Shown: piece after piece, positions 8,594 to 18,992 of the stretch | Position numbering within the stretch: position 1 is the stretch's first letter | How the letters are laid out: the number at the start of each line of letters is the position of its first letter | Source: a virus | Lineage: Duplodnaviria > Caudoviricetes | IMG/VR virus record: IMGVR_UViG_3300025168_017075 | Coordinates: 1-61,038 of that record | Length of the DNA stretch: 61,038 bases | Reading direction: 5' to 3' (one strand) | Translations under genes and position numbers: made by a program | The notes under the pieces: generated by a model | The model's database searches: none | The model's input: the letters and a program-made list of their open reading frames with translations, nothing else | Told to the model about the DNA's origin: nothing

Positions 8594-10076
8594 TAGTATA
8601 TGCCTTATAACCCCTCCATCTCCATTTTTGCTGGATGAAAGGGTGTTTATTCACCTAGGAATTTTAAAAGTAGCTTCTGTCCTAGAGAGAGAAGATGTGA
8701 AGGTTGATTTTTTAGACCTTAGCGGTGTTAACAATTATTTAGATGTAGTGGACAATTATATTAATTCAAGCGGCTCTAGCAATACATTTGGAATAACTGC
8801 AACCACACCACAGGTTCCAAACGCTGTCAAACTTTGCAAAATAATCAAAGACAGAAGTCCAGCCGCAAAAGTTATATTGGGAGGCCCTCATGTCACTCTT
8901 ATGAATTCTGCGTCGAAGAGAGAAAAGAAACGTGGCCTAGACAAGGGTAATAGGGCCACCTTTGACGTTGAAAGCCTATCTTCTATATTTGACATAATCG
9001 TCTGTGGAGACGGAGAAAAAGCGATATTTGAAGCGTTAAAAATTGATTCTGGAATTGTCGATGCTGACGATAGAAAGTCTCCGATGTTTTTGACAAATGA
9101 AGATTTTTCAAGCCTACCAATGCCGGCAAGGCACCTAGTAGACATTGATAGTTATAAATATTTTATCGAGGACGCAAGGGCTGTAAGTCTGATTGCACAA
9201 TTGGGTTGCCCATTTCACTGCGCTTTTTGTAGTGGAAGAAATTCTCCATTTTTAAGAAAAATAAGAACAAGATCAATTGACTCCATTATCGAAGAGATTG
9301 ATCACCTATATAAGAATCACGGATTCAAGGGTTACATGTTCTACGATGATGAGCTTAATGTCAACAAAGGCATGGTAGATCTGATGAATAAGTTATCGGA
9401 TTACCAAAAAGAAAACAATGTGGAGTTTCGACTAAGAGGGTTTGTAAAGGCGGAGCTGTTTACTGATGAGCAGGCCGCGGCCATGTATCGAGCCGGCTTC
9501 AGGTGGCTTCTTACTGGGTTTGAGTCAGGCGATGAAAAAATATTAAAAAACATTAAGAAGATTGCCACAATAGAAGACAATACACGCTGCGTAGAGATTG
9601 CAAAGAGAAACAATTTAAAAGTAAAAGCATTAATGTCAATAGGTCATGCAGGAGAAAGCAGAGAGACTGTTGAGAACACAAAGAACTGGCTTCTAGAGGT
9701 GAAGCCAGACGACTTTGATTGCACTATTATTACAACTTATCCAGGTTCTCCTTATTTTGACAACGCAGAAAAGCAGGACGACATATATGTCTATTCAGAT
9801 CCAAGCAACGGAGACAAGCTATATCAGTCCTCGATAAACTATTTGGAAGACCTAGATTACTATAAAGGAGACCCAGAGGGCGGATATGTTTCATATGTTT
9901 GGACAGACCACCTTTCTGCCCAAGGATTGGTAGATGCAAGAGGGGCTCTAGAGAAAGAAGTAAGAGAAAAATTGAATATCCCCTTTAACCCGTCACGACC
10001 AGGAATAAAATATGAGCACTCCATGGGTATGGGAAATATAAACATTCCAGATCATATTTTACGGAGAAGCAGTTGA
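8586..10076 (+). CDS. B12-binding (class B) radical SAM protein
   Basis: LGIL, ILGGPH and GDGE (cobalamin domain); GCPFHCAFC; YDDE; GFESG. Confidence 0.9.
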   Translation: MDNSICLITPPSPFLLDERVFIHLGILKVASVLEREDVKVDFLDLSGVNNYLDVVDNYINSSGSSNTFGITATTPQVPNAVKLCKIIKDRSPAAKVILGGPHVTLMNSASKREKKRGLDKGNRATFDVESLSSIFDIIVCGDGEKAIFEALKIDSGIVDADDRKSPMFLTNEDFSSLPMPARHLVDIDSYKYFIEDARAVSLIAQLGCPFHCAFCSGRNSPFLRKIRTRSIDSIIEEIDHLYKNHGFKGYMFYDDELNVNKGMVDLMNKLSDYQKENNVEFRLRGFVKAELFTDEQAAAMYRAGFRWLLTGFESGDEKILKNIKKIATIEDNTRCVEIAKRNNLKVKALMSIGHAGESRETVENTKNWLLEVKPDDFDCTIITTYPGSPYFDNAEKQDDIYVYSDPSNGDKLYQSSINYLEDLDYYKGDPEGGYVSYVWTDHLSAQGLVDARGALEKEVREKLNIPFNPSRPGIKYEHSMGMGNINIPDHILRRSS

Positions 10077-12016
10077 CATTTTTTAACATAGTCGTTCCAT
10101 TTTATAATGTTGATAAATGGATAGGAACTTGTATTAAGTCAATCAAGGCGCAAGAATATAAAGACTTTAGGGTAGTGCTGGTTAACGATTGCAGCACTGA
10201 CAACACGATTTCGACAATAAATGACATTATTAACAAAGATGATAGATTTGAATTAATACATACAGAAAAAAATGGTGGTGCACTCAACTCTACTTGTTTG
10301 GGTATAAGTCATTTGTCGCCAAAAGATGAAGATGTAATTATTGTTTTAGATGGCGATGACTGGTTTTCAAGAAAAGATGTTTTACAGATATTGGACAAGG
10401 CATATGAAGAGACAGAATGCCTGATGACATATGGAAGCTATCTTGAGTGGCCAAAAAAGGAAAGAGGCAAGTTTTCGAAACAATTGCCAGATAATGTTGT
10501 TAAGCATAAGTTGTTCAGGCAAAGCCAGTGGATGACATCTCACTTGCGAACATTTAAGTTTAAATTGTGGAATAAAATTAACAGAGAGGACATCACCGAT
10601 GAAAACGGAGATGTGTATAGAATGGCAGGAGACTTACCTGTAATATTCCCAATGCTTGAGATGGCAGAAGAGCGCAGTCACTTCATAGAGGATATATTGC
10701 ATGTCTACAATCGAAGTAATCCCCTAAATGAGGATAAAATAAATCATGAACTTCAATTGTCTATAGAGGCAGAAGTTAGAAGAAAGCCAATATATCCCAG
10801 AATGGTTGAGTCCTGTCACTCCGAGAACATAAATTTTTTTGACAAGAAGAAAGTTCCAAACTATAAAAAAATATGGGAAGAATCAGATTCAATATTGCTG
10901 TCTAACGATAAGTCTGGCAGTACATGGCTTAGGTTTTGTATAGAGTTTCTATCTCAAAGGCCGACTATTGGTCCTATTTTTTTAGACAAACAAACAGCTG
11001 TCATTGATCTTCCTTTGTTTTCGCAGGTAGATTATAAAAAATTTAATGGATATAATAACAAAAAATCTATTGTGGCCAAGACGCACGAAATTCTACCGAT
11101 AGAGAGTTTTTGTTCTGAGGGAAATAAAGGACAAAAACTAATTCTATTGTTAAGAAATTATAAAGAATTAATCAGCCGTCCGGACGCGCACAATGATGGC
11201 ACCTCTCGTAAACATGAACAAGTTGAAGAAAAAATACATAAGCTTAAAATAATAGATCGCTATGTAGAGAAAATAAAATTTTATGATAACTTTAAAGGTG
11301 AAAAAACTATTATTTTTTATGAGGACTTGATTAAGAATTTTGAGACATCAATGAAAGATATGATTAATTTTTTAAAATTGGGAGAAAAAGGATTACAAAA
11401 TCTTGAGTTAATGTTGGGAGACTTTAATAATTTTAAAAATTTAAGTATCAATTCTTATAAAAAATTACCACATATTTTAGTCGGCGCACTTAAGGATGAA
11501 AAGGTGAATATATTCAACCCCAATAAAAAGAACAATATTCCAGATAAAATTTGGAATGAAAAAAAACAGGCTTTTCTTACCACATCCATGGCTCCGGGCG
11601 CATATAGTGCAGAAGAAGTCGGCAAACATGTTTTTCTGATGCATCCATCAGAATATTATTTTAGTTATAAAAGTAAAGAAATTTTTTTAACAAATAACAA
11701 TGGCCCAAATGGAAAAAAAGTAATAAAAGCTAATGTTGAACATTTAATAACAAGCTGGGAAAGCTCTGATGATCAATTAGAAAAAAAGGAAATGACACTT
11801 TGGCCCGATGAGTTGTTTTTAATAATGCCAGATACTGCAATTGGAGTAAACTATAAAACACAATATAAGACACACACTGCAAAGTCCGCGGACATCCATC
11901 ATCATTCAAAAAAAGCTCTAAGCCTACCAGAGAGGATAAAAGTAGACTCTGAAGTGAGAGAAAAAGATTCGTCTTTATTTAAAAAATATTGTATCAGATA
12001 TCAGGAGGAGGCGTGA
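10073..12016 (+). CDS. glycosyltransferase family 2 fused to a sulfotransferase-like domain
   Basis: N-terminal VVPFYN, NDCSTD and LDGDD (GT-A); C-terminal KSGSTWLR and LLLRNYKE (PAPS-binding motifs) and YEDL. Confidence 0.8.
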   Translation: MTFFNIVVPFYNVDKWIGTCIKSIKAQEYKDFRVVLVNDCSTDNTISTINDIINKDDRFELIHTEKNGGALNSTCLGISHLSPKDEDVIIVLDGDDWFSRKDVLQILDKAYEETECLMTYGSYLEWPKKERGKFSKQLPDNVVKHKLFRQSQWMTSHLRTFKFKLWNKINREDITDENGDVYRMAGDLPVIFPMLEMAEERSHFIEDILHVYNRSNPLNEDKINHELQLSIEAEVRRKPIYPRMVESCHSENINFFDKKKVPNYKKIWEESDSILLSNDKSGSTWLRFCIEFLSQRPTIGPIFLDKQTAVIDLPLFSQVDYKKFNGYNNKKSIVAKTHEILPIESFCSEGNKGQKLILLLRNYKELISRPDAHNDGTSRKHEQVEEKIHKLKIIDRYVEKIKFYDNFKGEKTIIFYEDLIKNFETSMKDMINFLKLGEKGLQNLELMLGDFNNFKNLSINSYKKLPHILVGALKDEKVNIFNPNKKNNIPDKIWNEKKQAFLTTSMAPGAYSAEEVGKHVFLMHPSEYYFSYKSKEIFLTNNNGPNGKKVIKANVEHLITSWESSDDQLEKKEMTLWPDELFLIMPDTAIGVNYKTQYKTHTAKSADIHHHSKKALSLPERIKVDSEVREKDSSLFKKYCIRYQEEA

Positions 12017-12804
12017 TATCAGCCGAGATGCTAGGTAGGCTAGGCAACCAGATGTTTGTCGCGGCAGCAACACACTCATTGGCACTAGACAACGCAGACG
12101 AGGCAGTTTTTCCTAACTCTATATCGGGAATTACTCCAACCGACCGCGAAACTATGCTGCATAGAAAAACAATATTTAGAAAATTAAAGTATACTGATGA
12201 CTTAAGTTTTATAGAGTGGCTGCATGCAGAAAACACAGATCATACGCATAGCCCCATAGAGTATAAAGACAATTTATTCTTAAAAGGATACTTTCAATCT
12301 GAAAAATACTTTAAGCATAATAGAAATGCCATTATTGAATTATTCGAGCCGCTAAAACAGATTGACGATTTTTTAGAAAGAAAATACTCTGACTTAATAA
12401 AAAATAAAAAAGCAGTCTCTGTTCACATTAGAAGAGGAGATTACTTGCAATTACAGCAATATCATGTTATAATAGGTAAAGAGTATTATGAAGAAGCAAA
12501 AAAACAATTTGATAAGGATAGTGTTTTTGTTTATTTTAGTGATGATATAAACTGGTGCAAGGATACATTTAAGGGTGACAATAGCATATTTATCGAAAAA
12601 CAAGATGATATCTTGGATATGTATTTGATGTCAAAAATAACAAACAATATAATTGCCAATTCTTCTTTTTCTTGGTGGGCAGCATGGCTCAACAAAAATG
12701 AAGACAAACAAGTAATTTGCCCATCAAGCTGGTTCGGTCCAGAAAATAGACATTTAGATGTGGCAAAAAAAGATTTAATACCAAAAGAGTGGAAAGTGAT
12801 ATGA
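12013..12804 (+). CDS. alpha-1,2-fucosyltransferase-like (GT11)
   Basis: GRLGNQMF, GYFQSEKYF, HIRRGDY and NSSFSWWAAWL motifs; GTG start after GGAGGAGG. Confidence 0.92.
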   Translation: MISAEMLGRLGNQMFVAAATHSLALDNADEAVFPNSISGITPTDRETMLHRKTIFRKLKYTDDLSFIEWLHAENTDHTHSPIEYKDNLFLKGYFQSEKYFKHNRNAIIELFEPLKQIDDFLERKYSDLIKNKKAVSVHIRRGDYLQLQQYHVIIGKEYYEEAKKQFDKDSVFVYFSDDINWCKDTFKGDNSIFIEKQDDILDMYLMSKITNNIIANSSFSWWAAWLNKNEDKQVICPSSWFGPENRHLDVAKKDLIPKEWKVI

Positions 12805-13739
12805 TAGAAGATGTAGAAGGATTTATCAAAAACCTACGAAGAGATTCGGATGGGCATGTAGTCTTAAACATGTTTGATAACTCTATCTTACACGATAGCT
12901 ATCTTGAGTCCTCTTTAAGGTGCAGCGCACCAGCATTCGAAAGAAAGCCTGATGTTGTTAGGTTTGTGCAAAGTAATAGTCCTTGGGATGGCATAACCAT
13001 CTTTACTGATAAAGTATTGCATCTGGCGCCCAAAGTAGAAAGCTCTATTAAGGTTGCTTGGCTTGTTGAGCCACGCGACCTTTTGCCTCAAATATATCAA
13101 GTTATATTGCACTTCGAAGATCATTATGATTTTATATTTACATACGACAAAGATCTTTTAAAGAGGGATCCTAATAAATATAAGTTTCACCCATGTGACA
13201 CCTCTGGAATAGAGCTAGAAAGCCACAAGCTTCACAAGAAAAATAAATTAGTATCAATGATATATTCCGATAAGAAGTGGCTTTTTGGTCACAAGTTAAG
13301 GCACATAATAGCCAAGGATCTTATACCGAAAATGGGCTATGATAAGATTGATTTCTTCGGGAGAGGCACAGATAAACCATTAGATTTAAAGTCTGAAGGG
13401 ACTAATGATTACATGTTCCAAATAGCAATTGAGAATGCAAAAAGGGACAATTATGTTGCAGATAAAATATATGATTGTTTTGTTTGCGGAACAATTCCAA
13501 TATATTGGGGAGCTCCTAACGTTGGAGATTTCTTTGATGAGAAAGGAATATTATCATTCAATACTCCTGATGAGTTGGAAAAGATACTGAACAACTTAAG
13601 TGAAGAAAAGTATCACTCAATGTACGAGCACGTTAAAAATAATTTTGAAAAAGTCAAGCAATATTTAAGGCCAGATGATCTTATATACGAAAGCACAATA
13701 AAGCATTTGAGAGAAGGAAAAGTTAAATGGCACATATAA
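12801..13739 (+). CDS. GT10 (alpha-1,3-fucosyltransferase-like) glycosyltransferase
   Basis: YMFQIAIEN...YVADKIYDCFVCGTIPIYWG matches the GT10 motif. Confidence 0.8.
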   Translation: MIEDVEGFIKNLRRDSDGHVVLNMFDNSILHDSYLESSLRCSAPAFERKPDVVRFVQSNSPWDGITIFTDKVLHLAPKVESSIKVAWLVEPRDLLPQIYQVILHFEDHYDFIFTYDKDLLKRDPNKYKFHPCDTSGIELESHKLHKKNKLVSMIYSDKKWLFGHKLRHIIAKDLIPKMGYDKIDFFGRGTDKPLDLKSEGTNDYMFQIAIENAKRDNYVADKIYDCFVCGTIPIYWGAPNVGDFFDEKGILSFNTPDELEKILNNLSEEKYHSMYEHVKNNFEKVKQYLRPDDLIYESTIKHLREGKVKWHI

Positions 13740-14473
13740 CTAAACAATATAATACAAATATATATAAAATTGATAAAGCCGTTTCGGACTTGTTTGGGGT
13801 TGAAGATTTAACTAAAATACATGAGCTGGATCTGTCTCTCACAAAAGACAAGCCGTTAACTCAAGATCTTGAGGCAGAGACATATTTTCATAAGAAATTT
13901 TATGCTAAATTAAATTCTGGATGGCCAGAGCTAATGAATCCTTTCACTTCTTTTGTGCAAAATGAAATAACAAAAATAATCAAAGGACCCTTTTTATATC
14001 AAAAGACACCAACTTTCAGAGTGCATGTCCCAAACCAGACAGCAGTATCGAAGTGGCACTATGACGGAGATCCAAATCATGGACATCCAGACTGGGAGAT
14101 TAATGTTCAGATCGCTTTGACTGAAATGAAAGATAGTAGCGCAACTTGGACCGAAACAGTACCAGGCTTGGGAGATTACTATCCTATGAATTTAAAAGCC
14201 GGAGAGTATGCTTTGTTTGATGGAAACAGGTGCATACATGGAAACTATATTAATAAGACGGAAAAAACTAGGGTTAGTTTTGATTTTAGGGTAATACCTT
14301 GCAAAAAATATGATGGCCACGGCGATCCTTCTTTTTATTCTTTTAGGTTGCCAGAAGTAGAAGACGACACAAAATATGGATTTGTTGGGAAATTAAACAA
14401 CAAGACTAGTTTTTATGGTCGACCATGGGACACATCTGATGGAGGATATTATGATTTCTGCAAAAATGAATAA
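13727..14473 (+). CDS. StrG-like 2OG-Fe(II) oxygenase-fold protein
   Basis: YQKTPTFRVH, WHYD, HG...N and RVSFDFR: HxD...H...R jelly-roll pattern. Confidence 0.7.
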   Translation: MAHITKQYNTNIYKIDKAVSDLFGVEDLTKIHELDLSLTKDKPLTQDLEAETYFHKKFYAKLNSGWPELMNPFTSFVQNEITKIIKGPFLYQKTPTFRVHVPNQTAVSKWHYDGDPNHGHPDWEINVQIALTEMKDSSATWTETVPGLGDYYPMNLKAGEYALFDGNRCIHGNYINKTEKTRVSFDFRVIPCKKYDGHGDPSFYSFRLPEVEDDTKYGFVGKLNNKTSFYGRPWDTSDGGYYDFCKNE

Positions 14474-15176
14474 TGAGGCGTATGATCCAAAAAGAGAATA
14501 TGCGCTAGAAGAGCTAAAAAGTCAAGGATTAATAGAAGATGCTTGGGACGCTGTGTCTCTTTTTGAGAATGCTATGGCTGAATATACTGGCAGTAAATTT
14601 GCCATAGCTATTGACAATTGTACCGATGCGCTATATTTGTGCCTAAAGTATTTGAAATGCGACTCCAGTGATGTGATAACAATACCTAAAAAGACTTATT
14701 GTTCTATACCAATGCTAATACACAATGCAGGGTGCAACTATAAGTTTGGAGATATTAGTTGGTCAGGGTGTTATCAGTTAAGCCCGTTACCAGTTTATGA
14801 CTATGCTTTGAGACTACGAAAGGGCATGTATAAAGAGGGAACGTTTCAGTGTTTGTCTTTTCACAGGAAAAAGATATTAAAACTCACAAAAGGCGGAATG
14901 ATATTGACCGACAACGAAGAAGCCGCAAATTGGTTCAAAGCGATGAGAGCCAAAGGCCGCCACCCACATGAAAAAACATTTTACACTGATGAAAGTTTTG
15001 ATGTAATGGGTTGGAATATGTATATGCACCCAGAAGATGCCGCAAAAGGATATTTAATATTTAAACAGCTTCCTGATTTTAATGAAGACGCTGGCGGAGA
15101 CACAAGTTATATAGACCTATCAAAACAGGAGATTTTTATAAAAAATGAAAAATGTTTACTTATTCGAAATAAATGA
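14466..15176 (+). CDS. short DegT/DnrJ/EryC1/StrS PLP-dependent aminotransferase
   Basis: FENAMAEYTG, NCTDAL and SFHRKK...GGMILT (Schiff-base Lys); only ~237 aa. Confidence 0.8.
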   Translation: MNNEAYDPKREYALEELKSQGLIEDAWDAVSLFENAMAEYTGSKFAIAIDNCTDALYLCLKYLKCDSSDVITIPKKTYCSIPMLIHNAGCNYKFGDISWSGCYQLSPLPVYDYALRLRKGMYKEGTFQCLSFHRKKILKLTKGGMILTDNEEAANWFKAMRAKGRHPHEKTFYTDESFDVMGWNMYMHPEDAAKGYLIFKQLPDFNEDAGGDTSYIDLSKQEIFIKNEKCLLIRNK

Positions 15177-17076
15177 TGTAATTGCAAACCAGATAAAGCT
15201 ACCATATAGTACAGGTCTCCTGTGGTCTTATTGCGAGACAAAAGAAGCTATAAAAGAAAACTATAAGCTTGATGATTGGTTTTATCACAGAGAAGATGAT
15301 GATATAATCTTTGACAAAATAAGGAGCCCCTCAATTGTAGGGTTCAGTTGTTTTGTGTGGAATTGGAACTTCAACTTACTAATGGCTAAAAGAATAAAAA
15401 AAGCCCACCCAGAGTGTAAGATTATTTTTGGTGGCTGGCAGCAACCTATCTCTGATAGAAGTCAAGGCTTTTTCGAAAAGCATCCATATGTTGATATCTT
15501 GGTGCATGGAGAGGGTGAGGCCACATTTGCAGAAATTCTATTAGAGAACATAAAGGAAGACCCAGATTTTAAAAGCGTTTCTGGATGCTCCATAAAAAAC
15601 CATGACTTATCTACTTTCGTTACTCCACCAAGAGCAAGAATTAAAGACATAGACTCTATGCCGAGCCCATACTTAGATGGCTCTTTTGATAGGTTAGCCG
15701 CAAAGTGTGAATATGACATGGAGGCCACCATAGAGACGACTAGGGGGTGCCCATATTCTTGTACATATTGTGAAATAGGGGCAGCTTACCTCAATAGCAT
15801 TAAAAAACAAAGTGTCGAAAAAGTAAAAAAAGAAATTGATTGGATTTCTGATCATAAAATAGAATTCGTATATAATGCTGACTCAAATTTCGGACTAGTA
15901 TATAATGACCATCTTGAGGTCACAAAATATATGATAAGCAAAAAGCAAGAAAACGGATATCCAGTGGCACATAGATGTGATTGGGCTAAAAACAAAGCTG
16001 GCAAAATTTTGACAATTGCAAAGCTCTTTAAAGATGCAAGTATGGATAAGGGCTTCACAATTGCTTTGCAATCTAAAAATCCAGAAACTCTCAAAGCCAT
16101 TCGTCGTCGTAATATCGATGAAGGAAAATTGGGCGAATTTCTGAAGATGTATAATGATGCAGGAGTTCCTGCTTATGTCGAGCTTATTCTAGGGCTGCCA
16201 GAAGAGACAATGGGCTCTTTCATAAAAGGCATATCAGATGTTATGGAGCTAGAACAACACAACTATATTGGAATATATTCTTTGACAGGTTTCCCGAATA
16301 CCCCGTTTGGAGAGCCAGAATATGTAGAAAAATATGGCCTCAAATTAATAAAAACATATACTGCATTCAATCATTACGATATATCTGAATTTAACAATTT
16401 CGAAAGAGAGACAATGATTGTTGGAAGCAGAACTATGACCTTCGAAGAATATAAAAAGTGTCATTACTTTAGGTGGGCTGTTATGTTTGGTCATTATCTT
16501 GGAACAGTTCAATTTATTAGTAGATTTTTAAGAAAGCATTCCGGAATACATTACAGAGAATTCTATGAAAAATTACTAGATTTTGCTTACAAAAATCCCG
16601 ACTCTATAGTTGGAAAAGAGTTAATTGAGACGACCAATAGTTTGGAAGCAACGCTGGATACAAAGCATCCATGGGGCAGAATACTGAACGACGTAAGAAA
16701 GAATTTTGCTTGGGACTTTGAAGAAGCGACGGCAATTACAATAGCAAAAAATAAAGAAAAATTTTATACTGAAATTAAAAGCTTTATTACTAGTTTTCTA
16801 AATGTTGATCTTGAGGAAGAAGTTTTAGAAGAGTTAATCCAATACCAGACATCAGCAATTATCGATCCATCTGTTTCATATCCATTTGTAAAAAACTTTA
16901 ATTACAATATTCATGAAGTTATACACGGAGAAGAGAAGCTAGAAAGGGTAGATAAGCCAATGAGTTTTGCCGCTGAAAACTATGATAGTGACTACTATAC
17001 ATGGGGAAAAGAAAAGTTATGGTGGGGCAGAAGAATTGCCGGCTGTAAATCTAAGGTTGAGTATGCCACAGAATGA
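15145..17076 (+). CDS. B12-binding radical SAM protein
   Basis: GFSCFVWN, IFGG, HGEGE, TRGCPYSCTYC, DSNFG and ELILGLPEET motifs. Confidence 0.88.
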   Translation: MKNVYLFEINDVIANQIKLPYSTGLLWSYCETKEAIKENYKLDDWFYHREDDDIIFDKIRSPSIVGFSCFVWNWNFNLLMAKRIKKAHPECKIIFGGWQQPISDRSQGFFEKHPYVDILVHGEGEATFAEILLENIKEDPDFKSVSGCSIKNHDLSTFVTPPRARIKDIDSMPSPYLDGSFDRLAAKCEYDMEATIETTRGCPYSCTYCEIGAAYLNSIKKQSVEKVKKEIDWISDHKIEFVYNADSNFGLVYNDHLEVTKYMISKKQENGYPVAHRCDWAKNKAGKILTIAKLFKDASMDKGFTIALQSKNPETLKAIRRRNIDEGKLGEFLKMYNDAGVPAYVELILGLPEETMGSFIKGISDVMELEQHNYIGIYSLTGFPNTPFGEPEYVEKYGLKLIKTYTAFNHYDISEFNNFERETMIVGSRTMTFEEYKKCHYFRWAVMFGHYLGTVQFISRFLRKHSGIHYREFYEKLLDFAYKNPDSIVGKELIETTNSLEATLDTKHPWGRILNDVRKNFAWDFEEATAITIAKNKEKFYTEIKSFITSFLNVDLEEEVLEELIQYQTSAIIDPSVSYPFVKNFNYNIHEVIHGEEKLERVDKPMSFAAENYDSDYYTWGKEKLWWGRRIAGCKSKVEYATE

Positions 17077-17485
17077 GTGGAAATGGGAAACAGCCCACTT
17101 AACTCCTGGCGCTGGAATAGTGGTCGTAAGAATGTTCGACGATGGCTGGAGGTATCTAGGATTAAGGAATAAAAGGGGCCTAGATATATCAAAAGGCCAC
17201 GTAGAAGATGGCGAGGATTTCTTTGACACTGCAATCAGAGAGACAGAAGAAGAATCAGGAATCAAAGAATTAAATTTTAAATGGGGAAAGAACTATATTA
17301 ATCTAGATTTTTTAAGAGTTTATGTGGCAGAGACAAAAGAAGACGCATCACCGGTTATTAATAAAAAATCAATGATTTATGAGCATGATTCGGCAGAGTG
17401 GCTAACATACGAAGAAATAAGAGAACAAGCTCTTGAATACTTGGTTCCGGCTATAGAGTGGGCCAGAGATAGGATAATGCCTTGA
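17063..17485 (+). CDS. NUDIX hydrolase
   Basis: Nudix box GHVEDGEDFFDTAIRETEEESG. Confidence 0.9.
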   Translation: MPQNEWKWETAHLTPGAGIVVVRMFDDGWRYLGLRNKRGLDISKGHVEDGEDFFDTAIRETEEESGIKELNFKWGKNYINLDFLRVYVAETKEDASPVINKKSMIYEHDSAEWLTYEEIREQALEYLVPAIEWARDRIMP

Positions 17486-18351
17486 AAATAGAAATGAAAG
17501 ATGTTCTGGACATAAACAAAGATAAGCCGTGTGTAATAACTCTTCACGGCCCAAGTCTTAATTTGCACAAAGAAGCAGTGTCAAAAAAGCAGGAATCCGG
17601 AGATGCTATTAGGATTTCTGTCAATAACTGGTTTGACTATTTTACTACCCCTCCGGACTACTGGGTACTATCAAGCTCTGAACACGGGTTCCCGATCAGA
17701 AATTTGTTTCATATAATAAAAGAACATAATATGCCTATATTTTATTCTGATGATGGAGATTTTACCCCCAAAGAGATGATACATAAAGAGTTGAATTCTG
17801 AATGGATGGTATATGATCAGAGGCATTGGAAGGGAGAAGACTGCATGCAGATCTTAAAATCCTTTAAGGCACATTGTAAAGATAATAAAAACTTTAGTTT
17901 TAAAAAATATGGAAACAACGAAATAATGTGGCACCCGCCAAGATGCTATACAATGTCAGGCCATTCATTGGACGGCAAATGTTGTCAACAAAATAACCCT
18001 CCCAGAACCACTTTACAAGAATATTTAATGAATCTTTCCGGACATGATGCTCATTATAGCACTGGAGACACTGTAGCCATGCATGCTATAGCTTTTGCTA
18101 TCATAATGGGTTGCAACCCAATATATGTGTCGGGACTAGATTTAGACTACAATAAGGGCTATGCAAATCCTGACATGTCGGATTGGAAATCAAAGGCTCA
18201 AAGTCCAAATGCTTGGACTCCTGTTCGGGATAATTTAGAGAACGATTTAAGGATATTAAATGCTAGCGCTGAAAAAAGAGGAATAAAAGTATATACCCTC
18301 AATCAGTCCCCGTGGTATGATGCATTTGAGATAGCCACGGATATAAAATAG
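17482..18351 (+). CDS. Maf/DUF115-like putative nonulosonic-acid transferase
   Basis: GPSL...N and AIIMGCNPIYVSGLDL motifs, shared by the Maf/DUF115/CstII-like fold; directly upstream of neuA/neuB. Confidence 0.65.
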   Translation: MKIEMKDVLDINKDKPCVITLHGPSLNLHKEAVSKKQESGDAIRISVNNWFDYFTTPPDYWVLSSSEHGFPIRNLFHIIKEHNMPIFYSDDGDFTPKEMIHKELNSEWMVYDQRHWKGEDCMQILKSFKAHCKDNKNFSFKKYGNNEIMWHPPRCYTMSGHSLDGKCCQQNNPPRTTLQEYLMNLSGHDAHYSTGDTVAMHAIAFAIIMGCNPIYVSGLDLDYNKGYANPDMSDWKSKAQSPNAWTPVRDNLENDLRILNASAEKRGIKVYTLNQSPWYDAFEIATDIK

Positions 18352-18992
18352 TGAAAATCGTAATACCTGCCAGAAGGGGCTCCAAGGGCGTTCCCTTCAA
18401 AAACAGAATATTGTTAGAGCACACTTTAAATATAATTCCAGATAGCCTTAAGGGTGATGTCATCATAAGCACAGATGACGATTTTATCATAGAAAAGGCC
18501 AAGGAATATAAGGTAAAAGCTGTCAGGAGAAGCGATAAGTTGTCTTCCGACGAAGCATCTGTAAAAGATGTGCTAATAAATTTAATAAAAAATGAAAATA
18601 TAAGTTGCCAACAGACGATAATCATGTTATATTTAACTTACCCTGAGAGAACTTGGGAAGAGGTAGAGAGTATACTTTCTTTTTTTAATGATAATGACGC
18701 AAAATCTGTTTTGTGTAAAAAAGAAGTTAAGACGCACCCACACATGTGTATGTTCGAAGCGGCAGATGGTTTGCGCGGAAAGCAGGTTGTAAGACATAAC
18801 TTGTATCGTCGCCAAGACTATCCAAAATGTTTTGAAATAAGCCATTACATGTGTGCAATAAAAGCTTCCGAAGTAAATAATTTAAATAAGAATCTTTATA
18901 ATGAAGACACGTTTTTTTACCAAATTGAAGATAAAATAGATATCGATTATAAAAAAGATTTAGAGGCCTATAATGACAAAAATAATAGCTGA
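18351..18992 (+). CDS. neuA: acylneuraminate cytidylyltransferase (CMP-NulO synthetase)
   Basis: IPARRGSKGVPFKN, ISTDD, TYPER and DID motifs. Confidence 0.9.
   Translation: MKIVIPARRGSKGVPFKNRILLEHTLNIIPDSLKGDVIISTDDDFIIEKAKEYKVKAVRRSDKLSSDEASVKDVLINLIKNENISCQQTIIMLYLTYPERTWEEVESILSFFNDNDAKSVLCKKEVKTHPHMCMFEAADGLRGKQVVRHNLYRRQDYPKCFEISHYMCAIKASEVNNLNKNLYNEDTFFYQIEDKIDIDYKKDLEAYNDKNNS

Noticed and set aside
10073-10108. TTGACA...TATAAT promoter at the GT2 start
   Set aside because: The 24-nt spacer is incompatible with sigma70.
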